Below the pieces are notes generated by a model. The model was not told where the DNA came from and ran no database searches. It saw only the letters and a list, made by a program, of their open reading frames with translations. From positions 384,001 through 448,000 of the forward strand of contig CAWJTV010000033.1 of assembly GCA_963845755.1 (NCBI GenBank): a stretch of 64,000 bases of DNA. The letters are read 5' to 3'. The stretch is from an uncultured Planctomycetota bacterium. GTDB taxonomy: Bacteria; Planctomycetota; Planctomycetia; Isosphaerales; Isosphaeraceae. Positions 1 to 10,344 of this stretch are shown one piece after another. Position numbers and translations under genes: made by a program. Each line of letters begins with the position of its first letter. Position 1 is the first letter of the stretch.

Positions 1-308
1 ATCCGCGTAGAGTCTGTCCCAGAAGGGGCCGGTCCGGGCGAGCGGGGGGCGTCAGCCCCCTGTCTTGGAGGTCCGTCGCTCACCGGACAGGGGGCTGACG
101 CCCCCCGCTCGCCCTTCTGGGACAGACTCTGAGCTTCACTGGGTGTGGGTTCGACCAGATGGAAGTGTTCGCCGAGTTGGGCGATATAGCTCTCCGGCAA
201 GCTGTCATTCAAGGCGTCGCAATTGTAGGTCATGAATCGCTGGTGGAAGCCTTCCCCGTAGCTTTGGGTCTCCAGGTAAGGGTCGATGCCGGGAAAGGGA
301 CTGGGCAT
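1..308 (-). CDS. DUF4058-family protein, 5' part; interrupted by a MITE-like palindrome and running off the window
   Basis: Manual translation from ATG 308: MPSPFPGIDPYLETQSYGEGFHQRFMTYNCDALNDSLPESYIAQLGE, the typical DUF4058 N-terminus (MPSPFPGxDPYLE). Confidence 0.8.
   Translation of the reverse strand, partial: MPSPFPGIDPYLETQSYGEGFHQRFMTYNCDALNDSLPESYIAQLGEHFHLVEPTPSEAQSLSQKGERGASAPCPVSDGPPRQGADAPRSPGPAPSGTDSTR
9..130. mobile_element. MITE-like palindromic insertion (~122 bp)
   Basis: Terminal IR agagtctgtcccagaaggg / cccttctgggacagactct plus internal IR gggcgagcggggggcgtcagccccctgtc / gacagggggctgacgccccccgctcgccc. Confidence 0.75.
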
Positions 309-513
309 CTCGAATCCCCCGAATGAGTTTGCTCGGTCTACCATCCCGGGACTCATTCTATAGAGCGACGGCCGTTCACGATAGGTCGTGACGCTCACTC
401 GATCAGCACCCAACAGCATTCCGGTGTACGGACGTCAATTCTCCATCTTGCTCTTGAACGGATGCGCCCGATGCCCGAGAATGATCGGTTCACGGAGAAC
501 GATCTCCAGGGCG

Positions 514-640
514 GGGGTCGGGGTGAGCCGGGGGGGACCCGGGCAATGGGGGTTTGTGAACCTGGTCAGGGCGGGAACGCAGCAGCCATAAGCAACACCT
601 TCATGTGCCTGGGAGAACCTCCCCGGCTCTCCCCGGCCCC
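514..640 (+). ncRNA. ffs: Signal recognition particle RNA (4.5S)
   Basis: Core tgaacctggtcagggcgggaacgcagcagcc matches SRP domain IV; long closing stem (ggggtcggggtgagccgggggg / cctccccggctctccccggcccc); canonical position upstream of dnaX; exact ends approximate. Confidence 0.88.
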
Positions 641-699
641 TGTCTGAGAGTCCAGCGGACGTCGGGTCGGAATGCGGCCCCCTCATCATCCCAGGCACG

Positions 700-2631
700 A
701 TGGAGCGCGCCCGAGTGGCCCCACCGCGTGGGTCGAAAGATCGAACGAGTTCGCCGGATCCGAATCCGGCCCTCGACGACGATGTCAAGCCGGCGCGATC
801 GGCGACGGAGCCCTACACGGTCGTCGCGCGCCGCTACCGGCCCCAGCGCTTCGAGGACGTAGTCGGGCAAGATCATGTGGTCCGGGCGTTGCGCAATGCG
901 ATCCGACTCAATCGGATCGCTCAGGCGTATCTGTTCTGCGGGACCCGCGGGGTCGGCAAGACGACGATGGCCCGCATCCTGGCCAAGTGCCTGAACTGCG
1001 TGAAGGGGCCAACCGAAGAACCTTGCCAGGTCTGCGACATCTGCGAGGCGATCAGCCAGGGGCAGGACGTCGACGTCATCGAGATCGACGGAGCCAGCAA
1101 CAATGGGGTGGAACAGGTCCGCGAGCTGCGGCAGAACGTCGCGCTGCGGCCGAGCCGGGCCCGGTTCAAGATCTACTACATCGACGAAGTGCACATGCTC
1201 ACGACCGCGGCCTTCAACGCCCTGCTGAAGACCCTGGAAGAGCCGCCGCCCCACGTCAAGTTCTTCTTCGCGACGACCGAGGCGAACAAGATCCCGATCA
1301 CCGTGCTCTCGCGGTGCCAGCGGTTCGACCTGGCCGGGATCACGCCCGAGGTGATCGCCAGGACGCTGGGCGAGATCTGCACCCAGGAAGGAACGGCCGC
1401 CGATCCCGAGGCACTGCAAGTCGTCGCCCGGCGCGCGGCCGGGTCGTTGCGCGACGCTCAGTCGCTCCTCGACCGGCTCCTGGCCTCCGGCAGCCCGCGA
1501 CTCACCGTCGAGATCGTGCACTCGCTCCTGGGCACGGCCAGCGACGAGCGATTGCTGGCGATGCTCGAGACGCTGGCCGACCACGATGCCGCGGGAGCCC
1601 TTCGCCTGCTGGAAGAGGCGTCGAACGAAGGCGTCCAGCCAACCGAGCTGCTCGGCGGGGTCCTCGATTTCGCCCGCGACGCCATGGTGCTGGCCCTGGG
1701 AGCGGGCTCCATCCTGCTGTCGGTCACGCCTCGGCAGCGGCCCCGGCTCGAGACGATCGTCGCGCGCTGGCCCATCGACTCGATCCTGGCCGCCATGCAA
1801 ATCCTGGCCGAGCACCGAACCCGCCTGCGCGGCACCTTGTACGGGCGGCTGCTGGTCGAGATGGCGCTGGTCCGGGTCGCTCGCCTCGAAGACCTGGAGG
1901 AGCTGAATTCGCTGGTCGAGCGGCTCTCGTCGCTGGAGTCGGGAGTCCCCGTGGTACGCAAGCCGGAGGCCGGGACCGGAAAAAAAAACCCCGGCGTGAG
2001 TGAACGGGCTGATCCTGCCGGGCGGGCGAACCAACCCGTCACACCGCCTTCGGCACCCGTTGCGAAAATGCCCCCGGCCGAGGACCACTCGGACCGAACC
2101 CTGGACAAGGACCGCCGTTCCGGGCCAGAGCCGATGGTCCCCCCGCCGCCGCCGCACAGTCCGACGCAGCCGGGCGTCCGCTCGGATTCGCCGAGCGAAC
2201 CTCCCACGGCCGTGGAACCCCCGCCGTTGGAGCTGGAGCGCATCCGGCAGATCTGGCCGGACCTGCTCGCGAAGGTTCCCTACGCCACCCGTTGGCGGCT
2301 CAGTCAGGTGGAACCGATCGCTGTCGTTGGACCGGACATCCTGGTCATCGCTGCCAAGCCGGGATACAATGCGGATGGAGTGGACCCGGGAACACCGGAG
2401 ACCCTGGAGGACCTCGGTCACAAGCTGCAACGAATGGTCCATCGGCCGGTGACCGTCCGCTACGAGCGGCCGGTTGCCGCGGAGGATGGAAGGTCCGACG
2501 CGCGGCCGGCCGAGTCCCGGCGGACCGACTCCTTGATGGCCGATCCTCTGATCCAGAAGGTCGTCGAGCTGTTCGAGGCACGCTCCGTGCAACTGGATTA
2601 CGACGAGCCGGACCCGACTTCCACGACCTGA
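700..2631 (+). CDS. dnaX: DNA polymerase III subunit tau/gamma
   Basis: ARRYRPQRFEDVVGQ, Walker A GTRGVGKT, Zn-binding Cys cluster, EIDGASNNGV, IDEVHML, SRC motif. Confidence 0.97.
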   Translation: MERARVAPPRGSKDRTSSPDPNPALDDDVKPARSATEPYTVVARRYRPQRFEDVVGQDHVVRALRNAIRLNRIAQAYLFCGTRGVGKTTMARILAKCLNCVKGPTEEPCQVCDICEAISQGQDVDVIEIDGASNNGVEQVRELRQNVALRPSRARFKIYYIDEVHMLTTAAFNALLKTLEEPPPHVKFFFATTEANKIPITVLSRCQRFDLAGITPEVIARTLGEICTQEGTAADPEALQVVARRAAGSLRDAQSLLDRLLASGSPRLTVEIVHSLLGTASDERLLAMLETLADHDAAGALRLLEEASNEGVQPTELLGGVLDFARDAMVLALGAGSILLSVTPRQRPRLETIVARWPIDSILAAMQILAEHRTRLRGTLYGRLLVEMALVRVARLEDLEELNSLVERLSSLESGVPVVRKPEAGTGKKNPGVSERADPAGRANQPVTPPSAPVAKMPPAEDHSDRTLDKDRRSGPEPMVPPPPPHSPTQPGVRSDSPSEPPTAVEPPPLELERIRQIWPDLLAKVPYATRWRLSQVEPIAVVGPDILVIAAKPGYNADGVDPGTPETLEDLGHKLQRMVHRPVTVRYERPVAAEDGRSDARPAESRRTDSLMADPLIQKVVELFEARSVQLDYDEPDPTSTT

Positions 2632-2826
2632 TCCGGCACAGAGGCTGTCAAAGAATCGATCCAAATCACAAATCCAAGACAGAAAACTGATGTAAAACCC
2701 GTTGACATAGGGCATTGCGTTTGTTGAACCTTGAATTTGTAATCTTCGATCCGATTCGATCGCATCCTCTCGGGAGGGGCGGGTCGCTGCCCCGAGGTCG
2801 AATTCCTTCTAGCGAAGCAGAGTACC

Positions 2827-3192
2827 GTGTTCAATAAACTGGGAATGATCGCGGATCTGATGGGCAACGCCGGCAAACTGCGAGTGGCGTTCGACAAGGC
2901 GTTCGAATCGCTGGGCCAGGTCGAGGCCGAGGGAAGCGCCGGGGGCGGTACAGTCTCGGCGAAAGTCAACGGCCGGCTCGAGGTCGTCTCCGTACGGATC
3001 GACCCCTCGCTGCTGGCCGAACCGGATGCCGAGCTGCTGGAAGACTTGATCGCGGCCGCGGTCAACGCGGGCCTGGTGAAGGCCCGCGAAGCGGCCGCGA
3101 AATCGCTGACGAACCTGACCGGTGGGCTGCCGATGGGTCTCTTCTCCAACCTGGGGGGTGGCGCGGCACCCGGCGGCGATGAGGGACGATGA
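2827..3192 (+). CDS. ybaB: YbaB/EbfC nucleoid-associated protein
   Basis: EGSAGGGTV...IDPSLL...LEDLIAAAVN; dnaX-ybaB-recR synteny. Confidence 0.93.
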   Translation: MFNKLGMIADLMGNAGKLRVAFDKAFESLGQVEAEGSAGGGTVSAKVNGRLEVVSVRIDPSLLAEPDAELLEDLIAAAVNAGLVKAREAAAKSLTNLTGGLPMGLFSNLGGGAAPGGDEGR

Positions 3193-3806
3193 CGATGGCC
3201 GCCACGGGTTACTCGGCGGTCGTTGATCGGCTGATCACCGCCCTGGGACGTCTGCCCGGCATCGGCGCCCGATCCGCCGAACGGCTGGCGCACCACCTAT
3301 TGAAATGTTCCCCCGAAGAAGCCCTGGAACTGGCCGATGCGATCCGCGCCACCAAGGAGCAGATCCGTCATTGCGAGGCCTGCTTCCACCTGACCGAGGC
3401 CGATCAGCCGGTCTGCGCCATTTGCCGCGACCCCCGACGCGACCCGTCCATCATCTGCATCGTCGAACAGTCGCGCGACCTGATCGCGATCGAGAAGGCC
3501 GGAGCGTTCCACGGCGTCTATCACGTCCTCTTGGGCCGCCTCGCTCCCTTGTCGGGCATGGGGCCGGAACAGTTGACCATCGACGCGCTCGCGGCCCGGA
3601 TCAGCTCGGGGAGCGTCCGCGAGCTCATCATGGCCACTAACCCCAACCTTGAAGGGGATGGAACGGCGCTCCTGATCGCCAATCGCCTGGGCGGCTCGGG
3701 AGTGCGGATCACCCGCCTCGCTCGTGGCCTGGCCTCCGGGAGCACGCTGGAGTTCGCAAATCGCGACATGCTCGCCGATGCCCTGACCGGTCGACAGCCC
3801 TTCTGA
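3189..3806 (+). CDS. recR: Recombination mediator RecR
   Basis: LPGIGARSAERLA HhH, C4 zinc finger, Toprim ATNPNLEGDGTA. Confidence 0.97.
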   Translation: MTMAATGYSAVVDRLITALGRLPGIGARSAERLAHHLLKCSPEEALELADAIRATKEQIRHCEACFHLTEADQPVCAICRDPRRDPSIICIVEQSRDLIAIEKAGAFHGVYHVLLGRLAPLSGMGPEQLTIDALAARISSGSVRELIMATNPNLEGDGTALLIANRLGGSGVRITRLARGLASGSTLEFANRDMLADALTGRQPF

Positions 3807-3996
3807 TCCCCGGCCGCTCGCGCCGTGGATGACTGCTTCCTTCTCCGGCGGAATCCGCCGGGATCGCCACCCTCGTCACCCCGTTCCCTTCGAAAAATGC
3901 CGTCCTGTCCGGCCAAACCGCCCTGGGATTAACTCGTGTCTCGGACTCCCTTTTCCACGCCTTTTCCAAAGTTGACTGTGGTGAAGCGGCAGGACA

Positions 3997-4012
3997 TGGC
4001 ATAATAGTTGCT
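3997..4012 (+). promoter_or_regulatory. Putative sigma-54 -24/-12 element upstream of rpoN
   Basis: TGGCATAATAGTTGCT, GG-N10-GC spacing, ~100 bp before the rpoN start. Confidence 0.65.
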
Positions 4013-4110
4013 GAGTGATGGTGGACGCGACTCGGGTATCGTCGATGCCCCGCCCATTGATTCTCGATCCCCGGGAATCCCGACTCGTTCAGCGATGGGA
4101 ATAGCGAAGA

Positions 4111-5559
4111 ATGCGGCTCGACACCAGTCAACAAATGCGGACCGAGATGCGCCTTCGCATGGCGCCTCGCATGATTCAGTCGATGGAGATCTTGCAATTA
4201 CCGATCATGGCCTTGCAGGAACGAATCGAGCAGGAGCTGAGCGAGAACCCGATGCTGGTCGATCTGCGCGAGTCGGCGCCGGCGGAAGCGGACGGGGAAG
4301 AGACACCAGTCCCCACAGTCGCCGAACCGGAGAGCGATGGCGAGCCGAACGAGTTCGATAGCTTGATCAACCTGGACGAGAATTGGAGCGAGATTTACGA
4401 GGAAGGGCCGAGGCGGAGCCGTGCATCGCTCAGCGAAGACTCCGACCGCAAGCAGGACGCGATGCAGAATATGGCGTCGCGACCCCGATCGTTCCACGAC
4501 GATCTGATCGATCAGCTCGGCTTCTTCGACTGCGAGCCGACCGTCCGCGCGCTGGCCGAATACATCATCTACAACCTCGACGAGAAGGGGTATTTCCGGC
4601 TCCCGCTCCACGACGTAACCCGCGACCTGAACGGGGCGGCGACGATCGAGCAGGCCGAGGAGGCGCTGCGGCTGGTCCAGCGGTGCGATCCTCCGGGAGT
4701 CGGTGCGCGCGACCTTCGCGAGTGCTTGTTGCTGCAACTCACGCCCGAGATGCCCTGCTACGACGTGCTCTATACGCTGATCTCCGAGCATCTCGATGAC
4801 CTCGAGCACAACCGATTGCCTGCCATCGAAAAGAAGACCGCCATCCCGCTGGAGAAGATCAAGGAGGCCATCGACCACCTCCGCCGTCTGAATTTCCGGC
4901 CGGGCGCATCGTTCGTTACGGACAACTCGCACTACGTGGTCCCCGACTTGATCGTCGAGCACAACGACCAAGATGGGTATGATGTCCGGCTGGTCGACGA
5001 GAACACACCGCTGTTGGCGATCTCGCGGTTTTATCAGAAACAACTCCGGAACAAGCAAACCGACTCTCAGACTCGCGAGTACATCCAGAAGCGGATCCAA
5101 TCGGCCCGCTGGCTGATCGAGTCGATCGAGCAACGGCGCAACACACTGCTGAAAGTGGCCCGGGCCATCATCGACCATCAGAAGGAGTTCCTCGATAAGG
5201 GCCCGGAATTCATCGAGCCGCTCAAAATGCAGCAGATTGCCGACCGCGTCGGCGTTCACGTCACGACCGTCAGCCGGGCGGTGGACGACAAGTGGGTCCA
5301 GACGCCCCGCGGCATCTTCCCCCTGAAACGCTTCTTCGGTGGCGGGACGACCACGTCTGACGGCGAGGAGATCGCCTGGGATACGATCAAGCAGAAACTG
5401 CTCGAGGTCATCGCCAAGGAAGATAAGCAGAATCCCATGTCTGACGAGGAGATCGTCGAGGAGATGTGCCGTCAGGGCGTCAAGGTCGCCCGCCGTACGG
5501 TGACCAAATACCGCACGAATCTGCTCATCCCCTGCAGCCGTCAGCGCCGCCAATTCTGA
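4111..5559 (+). CDS. rpoN: RNA polymerase sigma-54 factor
   Basis: Region I MIQSMEILQL, DPPGVGARDLRECLLLQ, HVTTVSRA HTH, RpoN box ARRTVTKYR. Confidence 0.97.
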   Translation: MRLDTSQQMRTEMRLRMAPRMIQSMEILQLPIMALQERIEQELSENPMLVDLRESAPAEADGEETPVPTVAEPESDGEPNEFDSLINLDENWSEIYEEGPRRSRASLSEDSDRKQDAMQNMASRPRSFHDDLIDQLGFFDCEPTVRALAEYIIYNLDEKGYFRLPLHDVTRDLNGAATIEQAEEALRLVQRCDPPGVGARDLRECLLLQLTPEMPCYDVLYTLISEHLDDLEHNRLPAIEKKTAIPLEKIKEAIDHLRRLNFRPGASFVTDNSHYVVPDLIVEHNDQDGYDVRLVDENTPLLAISRFYQKQLRNKQTDSQTREYIQKRIQSARWLIESIEQRRNTLLKVARAIIDHQKEFLDKGPEFIEPLKMQQIADRVGVHVTTVSRAVDDKWVQTPRGIFPLKRFFGGGTTTSDGEEIAWDTIKQKLLEVIAKEDKQNPMSDEEIVEEMCRQGVKVARRTVTKYRTNLLIPCSRQRRQF

Positions 5560-5721
5560 GCGGGTGTACGTGAAAGTCGCCGGACGACGTAGTGTGGTTC
5601 GAGCCTCGATTCCTCGCGGCGGTGCCCACCAGATTCACCGCGAAACGCGATGGGCCTCACGCGGCGTTGCGGCGTTCGATCTACCCGGCGGGGCTTCTCG
5701 TGCACTCTTCGAGCGGCTTCC

Positions 5722-6180
5722 TCAAGCGGAATTGGCGCGGAGGGAGGCGCCGGAGGCGGGCACGGTCGGCATCGGGCTGGGCGGCCGGAGCTCGGCGGAA
5801 TCCTTATCGATCTCGATGATGGGCTTGGCGCCGATGAGTCGGCTCATGGCGACCTCGTAGCCCAGGAATCGGACATTTTCCAGGATCGCCAGGACCTCGG
5901 GGCCGCCGAGCTTCTGGGCGAGGTTGAGGATCTTGCGCTCCTCGACGGAGAGGAGATCCGCAGGCTGACTCGAATCGAGGTCGACCGAGTCGTCCGCCAG
6001 ATAATCGAGCGTAACGTTGACGGCCTTCGCGAGGCGGAAGGCGTTGTCCAGACCCGGCCGCGACTTCCCCTTGAGGATCCGGGAGATCTCGGAGTCGCTC
6101 ACCTGGGACAGCCGCGCGAGCTTCTGTCCGTTGAGAGCGTGGCGATTCATCAGCATCTGGAGCTTGTCTTTGAGTTTCAT
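5722..6180 (-). CDS. XRE-family HTH transcriptional regulator
   Basis: MKLKDKLQ...GQKLARLSQVSDSEISRILKGKSRPGLDNAFRLAKAVNVTLDYL. Confidence 0.85.
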   Translation of the reverse strand: MKLKDKLQMLMNRHALNGQKLARLSQVSDSEISRILKGKSRPGLDNAFRLAKAVNVTLDYLADDSVDLDSSQPADLLSVEERKILNLAQKLGGPEVLAILENVRFLGYEVAMSRLIGAKPIIEIDKDSAELRPPSPMPTVPASGASLRANSA

Positions 6181-6494
6181 GTTCCGACCATACGACGTCT
6201 TCCCACTCTGGGGAACCACCGTCTCTCGAATTTGCAAAAAAATCCCTGTTACGAAAACCACGGCGGCCGGCGCGATTGCACGAATACCGGACGAGTCAGG
6301 CACCGGCCGCTTCGGAGAGGTCGATCGTTGGTCGACGAGGAGAATGATAACGCATCGCGAGCCAGATGCAATTCGGAACTACAAAAGGGGCCAGAAAGGT
6401 CGTCAGCTTCGGGGCGAGAGAGGCGAGCTGGGACCTGGGTCTGGTGCGGTGAGGCGCGGCGAGGTTGACGAGGGCTGCCGGAAACACCGGGCGG

Positions 6495-7502
6495 TCAGGA
6501 GGCGCGGCGGACGACATACTGGGCGAGGATGTGCAAGACGCGCCTGGCCTGCGAATCGGGAAGGCAATCCAGCGCCTCGAGCGCCAGCTTGACGTGCTGT
6601 TTCGCGCGCTGCCAGGCGCGATCCAGCGCGCTGGTGCTCTCGAGATAGGGCCGAAGGTAACGACGGTGATCGGCCTTGGCATCGCCGAGAATGCGGCGGA
6701 TGGTCTCGGCGACCTCCGGCTCGACGAGGCGGAGCAGGAGGATGATGGGAAGGGTCAGCTTCTGCTTCTCCAGGTCGGTGCCGAGGCTCTTACCGGTGAC
6801 CCGCTCTTCTCCCCAGATATCCAGCACATCGTCGGCGATCTGGAAGGCGATGCCGAGGTTCCGTCCGTAGCGATCGAGGGCCGAGACCGTCGTCTCCGGG
6901 GCTCCCGCATACGAAGCACCCAGGCGGCAGGAGACGGCGGTCAGCTCGGCGGTCTTCCCCTCGATGATCGCAAAGTAGCCGGCCTCGTCGAGTTCGAGGT
7001 TGCCGCGGTGGTGGACCTGCTGCATCTCGCCCTCGCACACCTTATTGGTCGCATGGCCGATCCAACGGCATGCTCGCGTGGAGTCGAGCGAGGCGGCCAG
7101 GTGGAACGCGTGAGTGAACAGGTAGTCGCCCAGCAACACGGCGGTCTCGTTGCCCCATTCGGCGTTGACCGTGGCGGCGTGACGGCGAATCACCGCCTCG
7201 TCGAGCACATCATCGTGTACGAGGGTCGCCGTGTGGATCATCTCCACGACCGCCGCAAGGACGCTGTGCGCGGGCGTGAGCCGCCCGCACGCCAAGCCCG
7301 CGAAGAGCACGAGCGCCGGCCGGAGCCGCTTTCCCTGCAGATCCGCGCAATGGTGAACCAGATGTTGCACAAACGGGAATCGACTCTTCAGCTCGTCCTG
7401 AAAGATCCGCTCGGCATCGGCCAGCTCGGTCGCGATCGGGGCATAAAGCTCGGCCAGGCTGAGCCGGGTTTCCCCGGCTTCCGGCAGCGATTGTAACCGC
7501 AT
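6495..7502 (-). CDS. Polyprenyl diphosphate synthase (IspB-like)
   Basis: GKRLRP, first Asp-rich motif LVHDDVLD, second FQIADDVLD, GKT. Confidence 0.93.
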   Translation of the reverse strand: MRLQSLPEAGETRLSLAELYAPIATELADAERIFQDELKSRFPFVQHLVHHCADLQGKRLRPALVLFAGLACGRLTPAHSVLAAVVEMIHTATLVHDDVLDEAVIRRHAATVNAEWGNETAVLLGDYLFTHAFHLAASLDSTRACRWIGHATNKVCEGEMQQVHHRGNLELDEAGYFAIIEGKTAELTAVSCRLGASYAGAPETTVSALDRYGRNLGIAFQIADDVLDIWGEERVTGKSLGTDLEKQKLTLPIILLLRLVEPEVAETIRRILGDAKADHRRYLRPYLESTSALDRAWQRAKQHVKLALEALDCLPDSQARRVLHILAQYVVRRAS

Positions 7503-7567
7503 CCGATTCCTCCCTCACCTCATAACCCTCGGATCAATCCCCGGTCGTCACCCGAGCCAAGGCCCGC

Positions 7568-8071
7568 TCAGCCAGTCAATGGGGAGGTCGGTGTTCCCTG
7601 GGACCTCAGGTAGTCACCCCGGCGCCCGCCAGTCTTCTCCTCGAGCTGGATGGGGCCGATGATCATTCCGCGATCGACCGCTTTGCACATGTCGTAGATC
7701 GTCAACGCCGCGACACTGACCGCCGTCAGGGCTTCCATCTCCACCCCGGTCCTTCCGCGGATCCTGACCATTGCCTCGATGCGGATCCGATCGGGGGAGA
7801 CCGGCATCAGCGTCAGTTCCACACTATCGAGCCCCAGCGGATGACAAAGCGGGATTAATTCTCCGGTCCGCTTTGCCGCCATGATACCCGCCAGCCGAGC
7901 GACCTCCAGAACGTCCCCCTTCGCCAACCGGCGGTCCCTCACCAATTCCAGCGTCGCGGGAGCCACCTGCACCAGACCGCTGGCACGAGCGGTGCGCAGC
8001 GTCACCTCTTTGGCGGAGACATCCACCATCCGGCTAGCCCCGCTCTCGTCGAAATGCGTCAACTCGCTCAT
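7568..8071 (-). CDS. moaC: Cyclic pyranopterin monophosphate synthase
   Basis: [38 protein letters not shown]. Confidence 0.96.
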   Translation of the reverse strand: MSELTHFDESGASRMVDVSAKEVTLRTARASGLVQVAPATLELVRDRRLAKGDVLEVARLAGIMAAKRTGELIPLCHPLGLDSVELTLMPVSPDRIRIEAMVRIRGRTGVEMEALTAVSVAALTIYDMCKAVDRGMIIGPIQLEEKTGGRRGDYLRSQGTPTSPLTG

Positions 8072-8104
8072 GGCCTTCGTCCTTGGAGGCTCGCCGATTA
8101 CCCA

Positions 8105-8160
8105 GTAGGTGGGTGAAACCCACCAAGAATCGGACCGTTCCTGGTGGGTTTCACCCACCC
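8105..8160. repeat. REP-like inverted doublet; a single matching unit at ~12569-12585
   Basis: gtaggtgggtgaaacccacc ... ggtgggtttcacccacc with GTAG 5' foot. Confidence 0.7.
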
Positions 8161-8321
8161 CTCAAAGCCCAGATGCTGCTCGCCAAACGGCACCAAGCAC
8201 TCATGGACCAGATCGTTCAATTCATTCTGAAAGTATTTTACGAATCGTCGGCGCCGCGACTAGAGGGAAGGCAGGAGTTTCCGAAGTCAATCCCTGGAAG
8301 GAAGATCGGACCGTAGTTCGT

Positions 8322-9971
8322 TCAGGGAGGGAGCCGGCGCGTTCCGGAGCCGGGCCGGTCATCGTGCTGAGATTGGCGCGCCGCACCGGGAAAATGCCAG
8401 ATTTCGGACAGCACGACTCCTTGTCGAGACCGGGTCGCGACCAGCCGGCCTTCGCCGTTGAGCAGGCGGGCCGCCAACGCGGGCCGCCAGTAGGCGGTGC
8501 GGCGCGAGAGGACCAGCCACTCGGCTCGCGTCGCCTCCGGTTCGTCCTCGAGAACGATCTCCCGTCGCGCCAGAGTGCGGTTGAACCCCGTGGTCAACTT
8601 GCCCTGATCGAGGAAGAACGTCGGCGCCATGGCCGCCGAGTCCCCCGGCCGCGCCGCGCGCGCCAAGCGATCCAGCAGCACGTTATCGATGGCGTCGCTC
8701 CAGTAGGTTAACTCCAGGCCCAACGTTCGGGCACCGGGCAGCCCGCCAGCCAGCGCATTGTAGTAGCTGAGCCCGAACGGATGCATCCAGACGACGCCAA
8801 GGCTCTGCCCAATCAAGAACATACCCAGCACGATGCGTCCGCGACGGCGGGAGAACACAACATCCCAGAGCCAACCGAAACCTCGCCCGATCAGCATGGC
8901 CCAGGCCGGGAAAACCAGGAGGAACAGGCGCTCGCCATCGTAGACCGGCACGCGCGTGCTGAACAGGATCAGGAAGAAGAGAATCGACCCGGTAAGCAGG
9001 ATCGGGAACGGATCGCCGCGATGATCCTTCCAGCCGCGCACCAACCCGAGCGTGCCCAGGAGCTGAAGTCCGACGGGCACCGTCGTCGCGAAATAAACCC
9101 ATGGGTAATGCCATGGCACGTCGCGATCGGCGAAGACCTGACCGAAATACTGGACCCAAATCGTCGTACGAACCATCCCGGTCCCCCAGTATATCCAGAG
9201 CCTCGTCCAGGAGTCATACCAGAGCCAGGGCCAACCCAACCAGAACAGGCTCAAGCCAGCAATCGTCCAACCGGCCATCGCCGGGAGGGCACGCCGGGGC
9301 GACAGGAGGACCAGGGACCAGACGCCCAGAAGCGGCAGCAAGAACCAGGCATGGATCTTGGTAAGCAGGGCCAACGACCAGACCACGCCGGCGACGGTCA
9401 TCGCGCGGACGGGCCGCGGCGACCTCAGTGCGCGTTCGCCGGCCAGCAGCGCCAGGGTCCAGAAGCACGAGAGGAACGTGTCGAGCGCGCCGAGGTGTGC
9501 GTGGGTGAAAGCCCGGGGCATGATCAACAGGGCGAACCCCGCCGACACGGCGGACGCGAGTCCCCAGCGGCCCGATACCCCCGTGATGATGCCGACGAGG
9601 ATTCCGAAAGCCAGTGTCGGCGCCAATCGGCCCGCCAGGACATAGTGTCTCGTCGGATCGGGCCCCTTCAGGAGCACCTCGAAAGGCTCTCCCAGCACGG
9701 AGGCGAGTCCCAGGAGCCAACGGCCCAGCGGCGGGTGCTCGGCGTTGTCGCGAAAGACCCGCTCCACCACGTCTCGGTCGAAGAAGTGACGCCCCTCCGC
9801 CCACAAGGTCGTCACGTAGGTCCGACCGGGGCGGACGTCCAGCGGCTCGTCGACGGTCAAACCCGGCCCCTCCAGGGTCAGGACCACCGCAAGCCACGCC
9901 AGGAAACCCATCAGGACCGCCGCGCCGGGTCGCTCGAGGATTCGGCAAGACCCTGAGCTCAGCACAACCAT
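8322..9971 (-). CDS. GT-C fold membrane glycosyltransferase (ArnT/PMT family)
   Basis: TVDEP, EHPPLG, multiple TM segments, LLTK motif. Confidence 0.8.
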   Translation of the reverse strand: MVVLSSGSCRILERPGAAVLMGFLAWLAVVLTLEGPGLTVDEPLDVRPGRTYVTTLWAEGRHFFDRDVVERVFRDNAEHPPLGRWLLGLASVLGEPFEVLLKGPDPTRHYVLAGRLAPTLAFGILVGIITGVSGRWGLASAVSAGFALLIMPRAFTHAHLGALDTFLSCFWTLALLAGERALRSPRPVRAMTVAGVVWSLALLTKIHAWFLLPLLGVWSLVLLSPRRALPAMAGWTIAGLSLFWLGWPWLWYDSWTRLWIYWGTGMVRTTIWVQYFGQVFADRDVPWHYPWVYFATTVPVGLQLLGTLGLVRGWKDHRGDPFPILLTGSILFFLILFSTRVPVYDGERLFLLVFPAWAMLIGRGFGWLWDVVFSRRRGRIVLGMFLIGQSLGVVWMHPFGLSYYNALAGGLPGARTLGLELTYWSDAIDNVLLDRLARAARPGDSAAMAPTFFLDQGKLTTGFNRTLARREIVLEDEPEATRAEWLVLSRRTAYWRPALAARLLNGEGRLVATRSRQGVVLSEIWHFPGAARQSQHDDRPGSGTRRLPP

Positions 9972-10344
9972 CGTGGACGCTCGCTGATGCGGTCACCGGG
10001 AAACCGTCCTGACGATTGGGTACGTGCTCGGATCGTCGTGAGGCCGTGGACCCAGCCAATCGGGCCTGGCGCCGGGGTCAAGGAGTGTCGCTCGCTCGCG
10101 AAATGATAATAGGAGGGTTCCATCCCGTCGAGGCGTGAGGATGGGCGGACGACGGGGAATCCTCGGTCGAACACCAAGTCTTCCTCAGCGATGGCGATAA
10201 GTCGCGACGGGGGGTTGTCGCCATGGCGTCGGTTTTGCGGTTAAGATAAACCCCTTCGTCTTCGGGACAACTCCTCGATAGACCGCTCGATGGGACCGTA
10301 TTGATCCGGGTCGGAGCCCGCTCGAGTTGCTGGAGGTGTCGGTT

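Noticed and set aside
2702..2745. Sigma-70 promoter before ybaB (TTGACA)
   Set aside because: No convincing -10 hexamer at 16-18 bp spacing.
601..5553. Long antisense ORFs (704 aa, 451 aa) opposite dnaX and rpoN, and similar shadows elsewhere
   Set aside because: Typical high-GC shadow frames with no recognisable motifs.
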